A stretch of 62,482 bases of DNA, taken from an uncultured Dehalococcoidaceae bacterium (GTDB lineage: Bacteria; Chloroflexota; Dehalococcoidia; Dehalococcoidales; RBG-16-60-22). Shown piece by piece: positions 18,082 through 26,294 of this stretch. The position numbers and the translations under genes were made by a program. Below the pieces are notes generated by a model. It searched no databases and had not been told where the DNA came from. It saw nothing but the letters and a program-made list of their open reading frames with translations. Numbering within the stretch: the stretch's first letter is position 1; each line of letters starts with the position of its first letter. The DNA lies in the NCBI GenBank assembly GCA_964456395.1, contig CAYWAU010000001.1:1-62482 (forward strand), in the 5' to 3' direction.

Positions 18082-20037
18082 ATGTACGGGCAATTTAAAT
18101 ATCTATTCTCACCACTACAGATAGGCAAGACAATAGTGCCGAATCGCATTTCTTTTTCCTCTCATCTAACCAACTTCGCCGAGGATAATTTACCAAGCGA
18201 GCGGCATACCTACTACCTGGCCGAGCGTGCCAGGGGTGGCGCCGGTCTGATAATAACCGAGGAACAGTCCGTGCACCCTACCGACCACTCATACGAAAAA
18301 CTCATCGATGCCTTCAAACCGGAGGTTATTCCCGGCTACCGCAGGATATGTAAGGCCGTTCATGAGTACGAAACGAAGATTTTCGCCCAGTTAAACCACA
18401 ATGGCGCTCAGGGTGACGGGACTATTTCCAGATTGCCCCTATGGGCACCTTCCCCGGTACCTGACGTGATGTTCCGGGAAGTGCCCAAGGAGATGGAACT
18501 GGAAGACATCAGGGAAGTTATTGAATCTTTCGGCAAGTCGGCAGCTCACGTCCGGGAAGGAGGCTTTGACGGTATTGAGTTGCAGATTAGCCACAGCTCC
18601 CTGCTGAGGCAGTTCCTGTCCCCTCTATCAAACCTTCGCACCGATGATTACGGCGGCAGCCTGGAGAACCGGATGAGGTTGGCTCTGGAGGTAATCGCAG
18701 CCGTTCGGGCAACGGTTGGGCTTGACTTCACTCTGGGGATGCGCCTTTGTGCCGATGAGATGATTCCCGGCGGCCTGACCCTTGACGATACCAGGGAGAT
18801 GGCACGCCGCTTTGAAGCCACCGGAAAAATTGATTTTATTGACCTGAGTATAGGAACTTTCTATAATCTTTATCTTGTCGGCGGCACGATGCACACTCCC
18901 CTGGGATATACCATTCCGCTGTCCGCCGGCATCAAAGAGGTGGTCAATCTGCCTGTCTTTGCCACCGGCCGGATTAATGACCCCGTAATGGCGGAGAGAA
19001 TCCTGGCTGAAGGTCAGGCTGACATGATTGGTATGGTACGCGCCCAGATTTGCGACCCCGAGATGGCCAATAAAGCCAGGGATGGCAGACTTGAGGAGAT
19101 AAGATACTGTGTTGCCGACAACCAGGGCTGTTACGGACGGATAGCCATGAACAAGGATATCGGCTGTATGCAAAATCCGTCCATCGGACATGAAAAGGAG
19201 ATGGGCATCGGCTCCATTAAACCGGCATCGGTTAAGAAAAGAGTATTGATTGTCGGCGGCGGGCCAGCCGGCCTGCGGGCGGCTGAGGTAGCGGCTAAAC
19301 GCGGGCATAACGTAACACTTTATGAAAAGAATGAGAAGCTGGGAGGTCAGGTTAATATTGCCGCACTTGGAACCGGACGGGAAGAAATCAGTGCTATTAT
19401 TCGTAATGAGGAGAACCAGCTTAAGATACTGCCGGTGGAAATCATCCTTAACAAAGAGGTCTCACCCGAATTCGTCCTGGCACAGAAGCCTGACACGGTT
19501 ATTATTGCCACCGGCTCGGTGCCCAAGGAAAGCCCGGTGCCGGGTGCCGACGGCACCAACATTTTCAACGTCTGGCAGGTACTTTCCGGTGAGGCAGAGC
19601 TGGGGAAACGGGTTCTCTTTATTGATTATGACGGGCATCACCAGGCCACAGCCACAGCCGAATACCTTGCCGATAAGGGTAAAGAAGTCCACATGCTCAC
19701 CTCCTCTTTATTCGTCGGGCAAGACCTGGGGCCGGTGCAGGACCTGTATCTCACCCGGCAGCGCCTCCTGCAAAAGGGCGTTACCTCTACGCCGGACTTC
19801 GCCGTCATGGAGATAAAGGGACTGGAGGTAAACGGCTTCAACGTTTATTCCAACGAGTGGCATACCTTCAGCGGCTATGACTCCATAGTGCTCGCCATGG
19901 GCAACCGTGTGGAAGACGCTCTTTATAAAGCCCTGAAAGGTAGAGTGAAAGAGCTTTACCGGATTGGCGATTGTGTGGCACCTCGCAAGATAGATATGGC
20001 GATACTGGAAGGCGATAAAGTGGGCAGGATGATTTAA
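18082..20037 (+). CDS. OYE-like FMN / Fe-S / FAD-NAD(P) oxidoreductase (2,4-dienoyl-CoA reductase / enoate reductase family)
   Basis: 651 aa. OYE TIM-barrel N-terminal half. Fe-S motif region CVADNQGC-x11-C. Rossmann segment VLIVGGGPAGLRAAEVAAKRGHNVTLYEK. Confidence 0.8.
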   Translation: MYGQFKYLFSPLQIGKTIVPNRISFSSHLTNFAEDNLPSERHTYYLAERARGGAGLIITEEQSVHPTDHSYEKLIDAFKPEVIPGYRRICKAVHEYETKIFAQLNHNGAQGDGTISRLPLWAPSPVPDVMFREVPKEMELEDIREVIESFGKSAAHVREGGFDGIELQISHSSLLRQFLSPLSNLRTDDYGGSLENRMRLALEVIAAVRATVGLDFTLGMRLCADEMIPGGLTLDDTREMARRFEATGKIDFIDLSIGTFYNLYLVGGTMHTPLGYTIPLSAGIKEVVNLPVFATGRINDPVMAERILAEGQADMIGMVRAQICDPEMANKARDGRLEEIRYCVADNQGCYGRIAMNKDIGCMQNPSIGHEKEMGIGSIKPASVKKRVLIVGGGPAGLRAAEVAAKRGHNVTLYEKNEKLGGQVNIAALGTGREEISAIIRNEENQLKILPVEIILNKEVSPEFVLAQKPDTVIIATGSVPKESPVPGADGTNIFNVWQVLSGEAELGKRVLFIDYDGHHQATATAEYLADKGKEVHMLTSSLFVGQDLGPVQDLYLTRQRLLQKGVTSTPDFAVMEIKGLEVNGFNVYSNEWHTFSGYDSIVLAMGNRVEDALYKALKGRVKELYRIGDCVAPRKIDMAILEGDKVGRMI

Positions 20038-20053
20038 CGACCGGGGGAGAAAA

Positions 20054-21070
20054 ATGGCCAAACCAAGAGAAATCTGGGTGCTGCCGGAGATAAACAACAA
20101 CGAAGAGGAAATCGGCAAGCTGAGCCTGGGACTCCTCTCCGAAGCCAGCTATATTGCGGGAAAGGCTGGCGGCACCGTAACCGCCCTGGTGCTTGGCGGC
20201 CAGAGCCAGGACTATTCTGAAGTCCTCGGTCAATATGGAGTCGCCAAGGCGTATATATTTATAGACCCTGTTCTTGAATACTTCTCCGCGGAGGCTTACT
20301 CGGCGGCTCTGCTGCCCAGAATTCAGGAAGATAAACCCTGGCTTCTGCTTATGGGCAACACCACCATCGGCAGGGAGCTGGCTCCCCGGCTGGCGGCGTT
20401 TTTCGAGACAGGCATAATCTCAAACTGCGCTAAAATGGACATATCCCATCCGGAGAGTCCGATATTCTTTCGCCTGATTTACGGAGACCAGCTCTACCAG
20501 GAGGTAATCTTTCAGACCAGCCAGACAATGCTGGTAACCATGGACCCGAGAGTTTTAAACATAAACCCTGTTGCAAAAAGGAGCAAAGCAAAAACTCTGG
20601 TGATTGAGCCAAGACTGTCTCCGGAGGTAATAAGGGCAGAGCATCTGGAATTCCTGCCGGCCGATTTCAAAACCGTGGATGTTGCCGAAGCTGATACTAT
20701 TGTCTCCGCTGGTATGGGAGCCGCCACTGACGAACTGCTGCCTCTGGTTGAGGAACTGGCCGGTCTGATTGAAGGCACTATCGGCACCACCCGGCTGGTT
20801 GTTGACGGCGGGCAAATATCCCGGGAGCGGATGATTGGACAAACCGGTAAGGTGGTCAGCCCGGAGCTCTACCTGGCTCTGGGAATATCGGGGGCGACCC
20901 ACCACGTCGGCGGCATTCAGGACTCGGGAAAAATCATCTCAGTTAACCGCGACCCGCAGGCTCCAATCTTCAGGAATTCCGATGTAGGCATAGCGGCTGA
21001 TATTAAGGACGTATTGCCCAAACTAATCGAAAAAATCAAGCAGGCTAAAAGCAATGGCACAATACTTTGA
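20054..21070 (+). CDS. fixB: electron transfer flavoprotein alpha subunit (FixB/EtfA)
   Basis: 338 aa. C-terminal FAD-binding motif LYLALGISGATHHVGGIQDSGKIISVNRDPQAPIF. Confidence 0.85.
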   Translation: MAKPREIWVLPEINNNEEEIGKLSLGLLSEASYIAGKAGGTVTALVLGGQSQDYSEVLGQYGVAKAYIFIDPVLEYFSAEAYSAALLPRIQEDKPWLLLMGNTTIGRELAPRLAAFFETGIISNCAKMDISHPESPIFFRLIYGDQLYQEVIFQTSQTMLVTMDPRVLNINPVAKRSKAKTLVIEPRLSPEVIRAEHLEFLPADFKTVDVAEADTIVSAGMGAATDELLPLVEELAGLIEGTIGTTRLVVDGGQISRERMIGQTGKVVSPELYLALGISGATHHVGGIQDSGKIISVNRDPQAPIFRNSDVGIAADIKDVLPKLIEKIKQAKSNGTIL

Positions 21071-22352
21071 TGTTATCATAGTCGGAGCCGGACCAGCCGG
21101 CAGCATGGCAGCCCTTAAACTGGCTCGAGCCGGACTGAAGGTTGTTATGCTGGAACGGGGCCAACGCCCCGGCTCCAAGAACATGTTCGGCGGGCTGCTT
21201 CACAATACGCCGGCTCTGAATGAAATGCTGCCTGCTTTCTGGGAAAGGGCACCCCTGGAACGGCACGTGTTTCAAAAAGTTCTTGCCTTCATGACCCCGA
21301 CTTCTTCCGTTTCCATGACCTTTGAAACCGAAAAATTTGAACAGCCTCCCTACAACGGCTACACCGTATTCCGTCCCGTTTTTGACAACTGGCTGGCTGG
21401 CGAAGCCGTCAAAGAAGGGGCTTTATTACTCTGCGATTGTACGGCCGAGGATTTGATTCAAAAAGACAGACAGGTGGTCGGCGTCACCGTTAAAGGCAGG
21501 GACGGCGAACTGAGAAGCAGCATAGTCATCGCGGCTGACGGAGTCCTGTCTTTTATGGCTGAAAAAGCCGGCCTGAGGCAAGATTTCCGCGCCGCCGACA
21601 TGGGCCTGGGCATCAAGCTCCTCCTGGGCCTGCCCGAGGCAACCATAGACGAGCGGTTCCACCTGGCCCGGGATGAAGGGGCTGACATCAGCTTTGTAGG
21701 CACGACAAATGGACTGCGCGGCGGCAGCTTCCTCTATACCAACCGTGAAAGTATCTCCATCGGCATGGTAGTGCATCTCGACTCGCTGAGGGCATCGGGT
21801 AAAGCCCCCTATCAGGTTCTGGATGAATTACTGCTGCACCCCCATGTCAGAAAGCTGCTCAAGGGCGCCGAGCCGCTGGAATACTCGGCACACCTTATCC
21901 CGGAAGGCGGCATCAAGGCAATACCAAAGCTTTATACCGGCGGGATGCTGGTCGTCGGCGACGCCGCCGGTCTGTGTTATACCAACGGCATCAATCTGGA
22001 AGGAATCAACCTGGCCATGACTTCCGGAGCGCTGGCTGCCGAGACGGCTCTGCAGGCAATAGAAGCCGGAGACTACAGTGCCCGGATGCTGTCATTATAT
22101 AAAAAGAAGCTGGACGGCAGCTTCATCATGAAAGATATGAAAACGTTTAAAAACGCCGTCGGCATGATGCATATGGAGCGACTGTTTCAGGCTTATCCGG
22201 AAATTGCCGGCAATATACTGGAAAAGATATACAGAGTTGAAGGCGTCCCCAGGCCAAAACTCCTGCGCCTGGCACGAAAAGAAGCGCTGAAAAAAGTGAA
22301 ACTGACAGACCTGGTTTCAGACGGCATTAAAATAGGCAAGTCATTATTATGA
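21054..22352 (+). CDS. fixC: FAD-dependent ETF:quinone-type oxidoreductase FixC
   Basis: 432 aa. FDVIIVGAGPAGSMAALKLA dinucleotide fold and GDAAG motif. Sits between fixB and fixX. Confidence 0.8.
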   Translation: MAQYFDVIIVGAGPAGSMAALKLARAGLKVVMLERGQRPGSKNMFGGLLHNTPALNEMLPAFWERAPLERHVFQKVLAFMTPTSSVSMTFETEKFEQPPYNGYTVFRPVFDNWLAGEAVKEGALLLCDCTAEDLIQKDRQVVGVTVKGRDGELRSSIVIAADGVLSFMAEKAGLRQDFRAADMGLGIKLLLGLPEATIDERFHLARDEGADISFVGTTNGLRGGSFLYTNRESISIGMVVHLDSLRASGKAPYQVLDELLLHPHVRKLLKGAEPLEYSAHLIPEGGIKAIPKLYTGGMLVVGDAAGLCYTNGINLEGINLAMTSGALAAETALQAIEAGDYSARMLSLYKKKLDGSFIMKDMKTFKNAVGMMHMERLFQAYPEIAGNILEKIYRVEGVPRPKLLRLARKEALKKVKLTDLVSDGIKIGKSLL

Positions 22353-22624
22353 ATGTTGATAATTTACCGCAACTAACACAATTCCAGGTTGACGAACAGC
22401 CCCATATTGTCTTGAATAAGGAAATCTGTCAGTCCTGTGACCACCGTGCCTGTGTCCAGTCGTGTCCGGCTAACTGCTATACCTTCGATGAAGCCACCAG
22501 AATGATGAGCGTCGTCTATGAGACATGTCTGGAGTGCGGCACCTGTTACGTAATTTGTGACCAAGGAGCCATTGATTGGAGCTACCCCAGGGGTGGCTAC
22601 GGAGTATGCTTTCGCCTGACCTAG
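22349..22624 (+). CDS. fixX: ferredoxin-like protein FixX
   Basis: 91 aa. CQSCDHRACVQSCP and CLECGTCYVIC motifs. ATGA overlap with fixC. Confidence 0.8.
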   Translation: MNVDNLPQLTQFQVDEQPHIVLNKEICQSCDHRACVQSCPANCYTFDEATRMMSVVYETCLECGTCYVICDQGAIDWSYPRGGYGVCFRLT

Positions 22625-22655
22625 AACTGAAGCCCGGCATGACGTGGTAATAGCC

Positions 22656-23558
22656 ATGAAGATTATTGTCTGCTTGAAAGAGGTGGTTGATACTAATCTG
22701 AGCCTTGGTTTCGGCTTGAGCAACCGGGTGGTCTTCCAGGAAGGACTGCCGCTCAGGCTGAATCCGGATGACACCGAGGCACTGGCAAAGGCACTCAACC
22801 TCAAACAGTCAGATGATGAAGCCCAGGTTGAAATCACCCTCATCTCTATCGGCCCGGAAAGGGTGGAGGGCTACTTAAGAGACGGACTGGCTCTTGGAGC
22901 CAACAGAGCGGTGCGCATACGGCAGGACAGCCTCATGGAGCTATCTTCTCATCAAAAAGCCAGGCTACTGTCCAGAGCCGTTTCTCTATTTGGTGCCGAC
23001 CTCGTTTTAACCGGAGCCGGGAGTCTGGATACCGGCAATGGTCAGGTAGGCCCGCTGATGGCGGCCTGGCTTGACCTGCCCTGTATCGGCGAAGTGGTCG
23101 GATTTAAGCTAGCCGATGAAAAAAAGAGCATCACGCTAACCAGAGACATCGGCAGAGGCGCCCGGGAAAAGATACGGTGCTCTCTGCCGGCGGTCATAAC
23201 CGTGAAAGGAGAAGGAAAACTACACTATGCTTCTCTGGATAGGCTTGTGGAGAGTAAATATGGTGAGATAATTCGGCTTACTCTGGCTGACCTTGGTACA
23301 TCTGACGTTGAGTTGAAAAATGACCCCACCAGGATTACTGGTCTGGCTTACCCGAGGCCCAGGCCCAGGAAAACACCGGCGCCAGAAAGCTCGTTACCGG
23401 CGTTTTACAGAATCCTGAAGCTACTGGAGGGAGGCATCTCCCGGCGACAGGGGGAAATGCTCCAGGGCAGCAGCCAGGAGCTGGCTGACCAGCTCTTTGA
23501 GCTACTTATAGAAGAGGGCGTGATTGAGTCAGCCACAGAAAAGGGCTCCGGTAAATGA
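22656..23558 (+). CDS. fixA: electron transfer flavoprotein beta subunit (FixA/EtfB) with ~40-aa C-terminal extension
   Basis: MKIIVCLKEVVD is a typical EtfB N-terminus, and the ORF ends in a Pro/Arg-rich linker plus tail. GTG at 22644 is an alternative start. Confidence 0.8.
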   Translation: MKIIVCLKEVVDTNLSLGFGLSNRVVFQEGLPLRLNPDDTEALAKALNLKQSDDEAQVEITLISIGPERVEGYLRDGLALGANRAVRIRQDSLMELSSHQKARLLSRAVSLFGADLVLTGAGSLDTGNGQVGPLMAAWLDLPCIGEVVGFKLADEKKSITLTRDIGRGAREKIRCSLPAVITVKGEGKLHYASLDRLVESKYGEIIRLTLADLGTSDVELKNDPTRITGLAYPRPRPRKTPAPESSLPAFYRILKLLEGGISRRQGEMLQGSSQELADQLFELLIEEGVIESATEKGSGK

Positions 23559-23602
23559 CCCGGAGCCGAGCCAGCAATAAATTATGAGCGGATGACCCTT
23601 CT

Positions 23603-25051
23603 ATGGCAGGATTTGGCTTTTCATTAGCGGACAACACCTATTTAAGAGAAGACCCCGACGGTAATTTTCTGCTCTCCAATCTGCCCCTGAGAATACTCCG
23701 AATAAACAAACCTCTCTTCCGACTCCTCAAGCACCTCCAGGGGGGTGGCGAATTGCCCGAATTTGTCAGTCAGAACCCGGGGCTGGAGGAGGGGCCTTTG
23801 CTGAGGGTCCTGCTGTCTCTGGCATCCAGGGGATACCTGAAATTAGAGAGAATAGCCAAAATAGAAGACTACCCCATCGTCTCCATTGTCATTCCAGTCC
23901 GAGACCAGCCTGAAGATATCATTGAGTGCCTCCAATCGCTGAGAAATCTGGATTATCCGGGAGACCGGTTTGAAGTTATTGTGTTAGATGACGGTTCCCA
24001 GGCTGAAGTCTCTCAGGGTGTTACTACTCCCGATGTTATGGTCATCAGGCAAGACGAGTCACGGGGCGCCTCTGTCTGCCGAAACATCGGGGCTGAAAAG
24101 GCTCGCGGCAAAATCCTGGCCTTTCTGGACGCCGACTGTATTGCCCCTGAGAACTGGCTAAAGGAAACCATTCCCTTTTTCAAAACGGCGACGGTCGGGG
24201 CGGTAGGCGGTTATGTGGACGGCTATTACAAAGACAGCTATCTGGACCGGTACGAAGAGGTCTCTTCATCGCTGAACATGGGGAAGCGGCTCCTCCTGGA
24301 AGGCAATACGGAATCAAACTTTTATGTGCCTACGGCCAATATGCTGATTAACAGGGACGCCTTTATGGCTACCGGTGGTTTCAGGAGCGGTATGCACCTG
24401 GGTGAGGACGTGGATTATTGCTGGCGAATGAGAAACCTCGGCTACACCCTGCTCTACGTTCCTTTTGGCAGGGTTGCCCATAAGCACCGCAACCGCCTCG
24501 GTAAAATGCTGAAAAGACGGAGCGAATACGGGACATCGGAAGCCAGGCTCTACCTCATTCACCGGGATAAAAGGAAGACCTTTCTCATTTCTGTCTGTGC
24601 CGGATTATCTTTCCTGGCCCTGACCCTCTCTGTTTTGCTTTTAAATCCTTATCCCCTCTGCCTTATCCTGTTATTATTCGGGATTGACCTGCTCCGGAAA
24701 TCCGGCACGCTGAGGAAGTTCAAAATGCTGCTTCCTTTCCGACAAATAGCCTGCGCCACCCTGAGAAGCTATTTTTCCTCCTATTATTTCGCTCTGTTTC
24801 ACCTGGTAAGATATTACCTGTTCTTAATATTTGGGCTCGGCTTCTGGCTTCACTCCGTGTGGCTTTTTGGCGGCCTGGCGGTGCTCTTCACATCAATCGT
24901 AGATTATTCCGTAAAAAAGCCGAATCTGCCTTATCCGGCCTTCCTTTTCTTTTATGTCCTGGAACATCTGGCATACCAGATAGGGGTTCTCCGGGGGTGC
25001 CTAAAATTAAAATATTTCAGGTCGTATATCCTTTCCTTCAGGCGTGCCTGA
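23603..25051 (+). CDS. mftF: family 2 glycosyltransferase with membrane-spanning C-terminal region, MftF-like
   Basis: 482 aa. N-terminal PqqD-like segment (LLSNLPLRILRINKPLFRLL). GT-A core (VSIVIPVRDQ, VLDDGS, FLDADC). Hydrophobic C-terminal ~140 aa. Same transcription unit as mftABC. Confidence 0.7.
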   Translation: MAGFGFSLADNTYLREDPDGNFLLSNLPLRILRINKPLFRLLKHLQGGGELPEFVSQNPGLEEGPLLRVLLSLASRGYLKLERIAKIEDYPIVSIVIPVRDQPEDIIECLQSLRNLDYPGDRFEVIVLDDGSQAEVSQGVTTPDVMVIRQDESRGASVCRNIGAEKARGKILAFLDADCIAPENWLKETIPFFKTATVGAVGGYVDGYYKDSYLDRYEEVSSSLNMGKRLLLEGNTESNFYVPTANMLINRDAFMATGGFRSGMHLGEDVDYCWRMRNLGYTLLYVPFGRVAHKHRNRLGKMLKRRSEYGTSEARLYLIHRDKRKTFLISVCAGLSFLALTLSVLLLNPYPLCLILLLFGIDLLRKSGTLRKFKMLLPFRQIACATLRSYFSSYYFALFHLVRYYLFLIFGLGFWLHSVWLFGGLAVLFTSIVDYSVKKPNLPYPAFLFFYVLEHLAYQIGVLRGCLKLKYFRSYILSFRRA

Positions 25052-25089
25052 TTCCCGAAAAAAGACATTTTTTATGGCGATAATAAAGG

Positions 25090-26280
25090 ATGAAGATAAA
25101 TATTAAAGGTGATTATTATCGGGCGGCCGTCAGGTTGCTGGGCAACGCTCTCAGGTTCCGCTATTCAAAATTTACGGGAGCCCCTTTAAAGCCGGCGGTA
25201 GTCAGTCTGGCAGTGACAAATCGCTGTAACTCCCATTGTATCATGTGCAATATCTGGCAGAGAGCCAGGGAGCTACCCGGTATCAAGAGTCTGGAGATGC
25301 CCCAGAAAGAGATTCTGGACTTATTATCACGTCCCCTGTTTTCAGAGCTGGTTGAGCTGGACTTAACCGGCGGCGAGCCTCACCTGAGAGATGACCTGGT
25401 TGACATCGCGCTCAGCATAGCCAGTCTCAAAAAAAGCTCTCTGCCAAGACTGAGGAGCATCATCATTACCTCTAACGGCTTATTACCCCGACAGGTAATC
25501 TCAAACCATCAGAGAATTCTGGAAGGTTTAAAAGGCACAAATATAGACCTGGTCAGTGTTGCCTCAATGGATGGGATTGGGGAAACTCACGACTTTATCA
25601 GGGGAACCAGGGGTGCTTTTGAACTGGCTACCAAAACAATCAGCGGGCTTCTGGAACTCAGGAAGAAATACCCCGATTATTTCATCGGCATAAAAACCAC
25701 AATCCTGCCCCAGAACGTCAATAGTCTTGATGCTATTCTGGATTATGCTCTGGAAAAGAATATTTTTCATATCATTTCACCGGTCTTCTTCACCGAAGCG
25801 AGGTTCAGAAATACGGACAAAATAGATGAATTAACGCTGGGACCTGATGAATATAAAGAGGTCCTGAAATTTTTCAGTCGTGATGAATTAAAGACGAGCT
25901 ACTTCTACCCTTTGGCACGAAGCTTCCTGGCTACCGGGCGAAAGCAATGGGCGTGTACCGCCTTTCACAACTATCTGTTCATCGATTTTGACGGAACGGT
26001 ATATCCCTGCGAACTGATATCCGAGCCAATCGGTAACGTCAGAGAGCAGGACGTGGCGGACATCTGGAACGGTGCCGAGGCTCGTCACTGGCGGAAAAGA
26101 ATCGGGAAACTGGAATGTTGCCGTACCTGCAATGAGCCCGGCGCGATACGGTACAGCGCCTGCACCGAGGGATTCAGCTACCTTAAGTTTTTGGTGAAGC
26201 TCGGCAGGCAAAAATTCCGTAAGACCCTTTACGGAGAGGGTTTTTACAAATATTTTGGTGATTTACAGGCAAAGAAATGA
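25090..26280 (+). CDS. second radical SAM / SPASM-domain protein of unknown substrate
   Basis: 396 aa. CNSHCIMC (CxxxCxxC), LTGGEPHL, and C-terminal Cys-rich region (CTAF...YPCE...CCRTCNEPG...C). Starts 38 nt after mftF. Confidence 0.75.
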   Translation: MKINIKGDYYRAAVRLLGNALRFRYSKFTGAPLKPAVVSLAVTNRCNSHCIMCNIWQRARELPGIKSLEMPQKEILDLLSRPLFSELVELDLTGGEPHLRDDLVDIALSIASLKKSSLPRLRSIIITSNGLLPRQVISNHQRILEGLKGTNIDLVSVASMDGIGETHDFIRGTRGAFELATKTISGLLELRKKYPDYFIGIKTTILPQNVNSLDAILDYALEKNIFHIISPVFFTEARFRNTDKIDELTLGPDEYKEVLKFFSRDELKTSYFYPLARSFLATGRKQWACTAFHNYLFIDFDGTVYPCELISEPIGNVREQDVADIWNGAEARHWRKRIGKLECCRTCNEPGAIRYSACTEGFSYLKFLVKLGRQKFRKTLYGEGFYKYFGDLQAKK

Positions 26281-26294
26281 GGCGGGCGACCGCA

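Noticed and set aside
18628-19308. 226-aa minus-strand ORF
   Set aside because: It is antisense to the OYE/FadH-like gene, whose frame carries clear FMN/Fe-S/Rossmann motifs.
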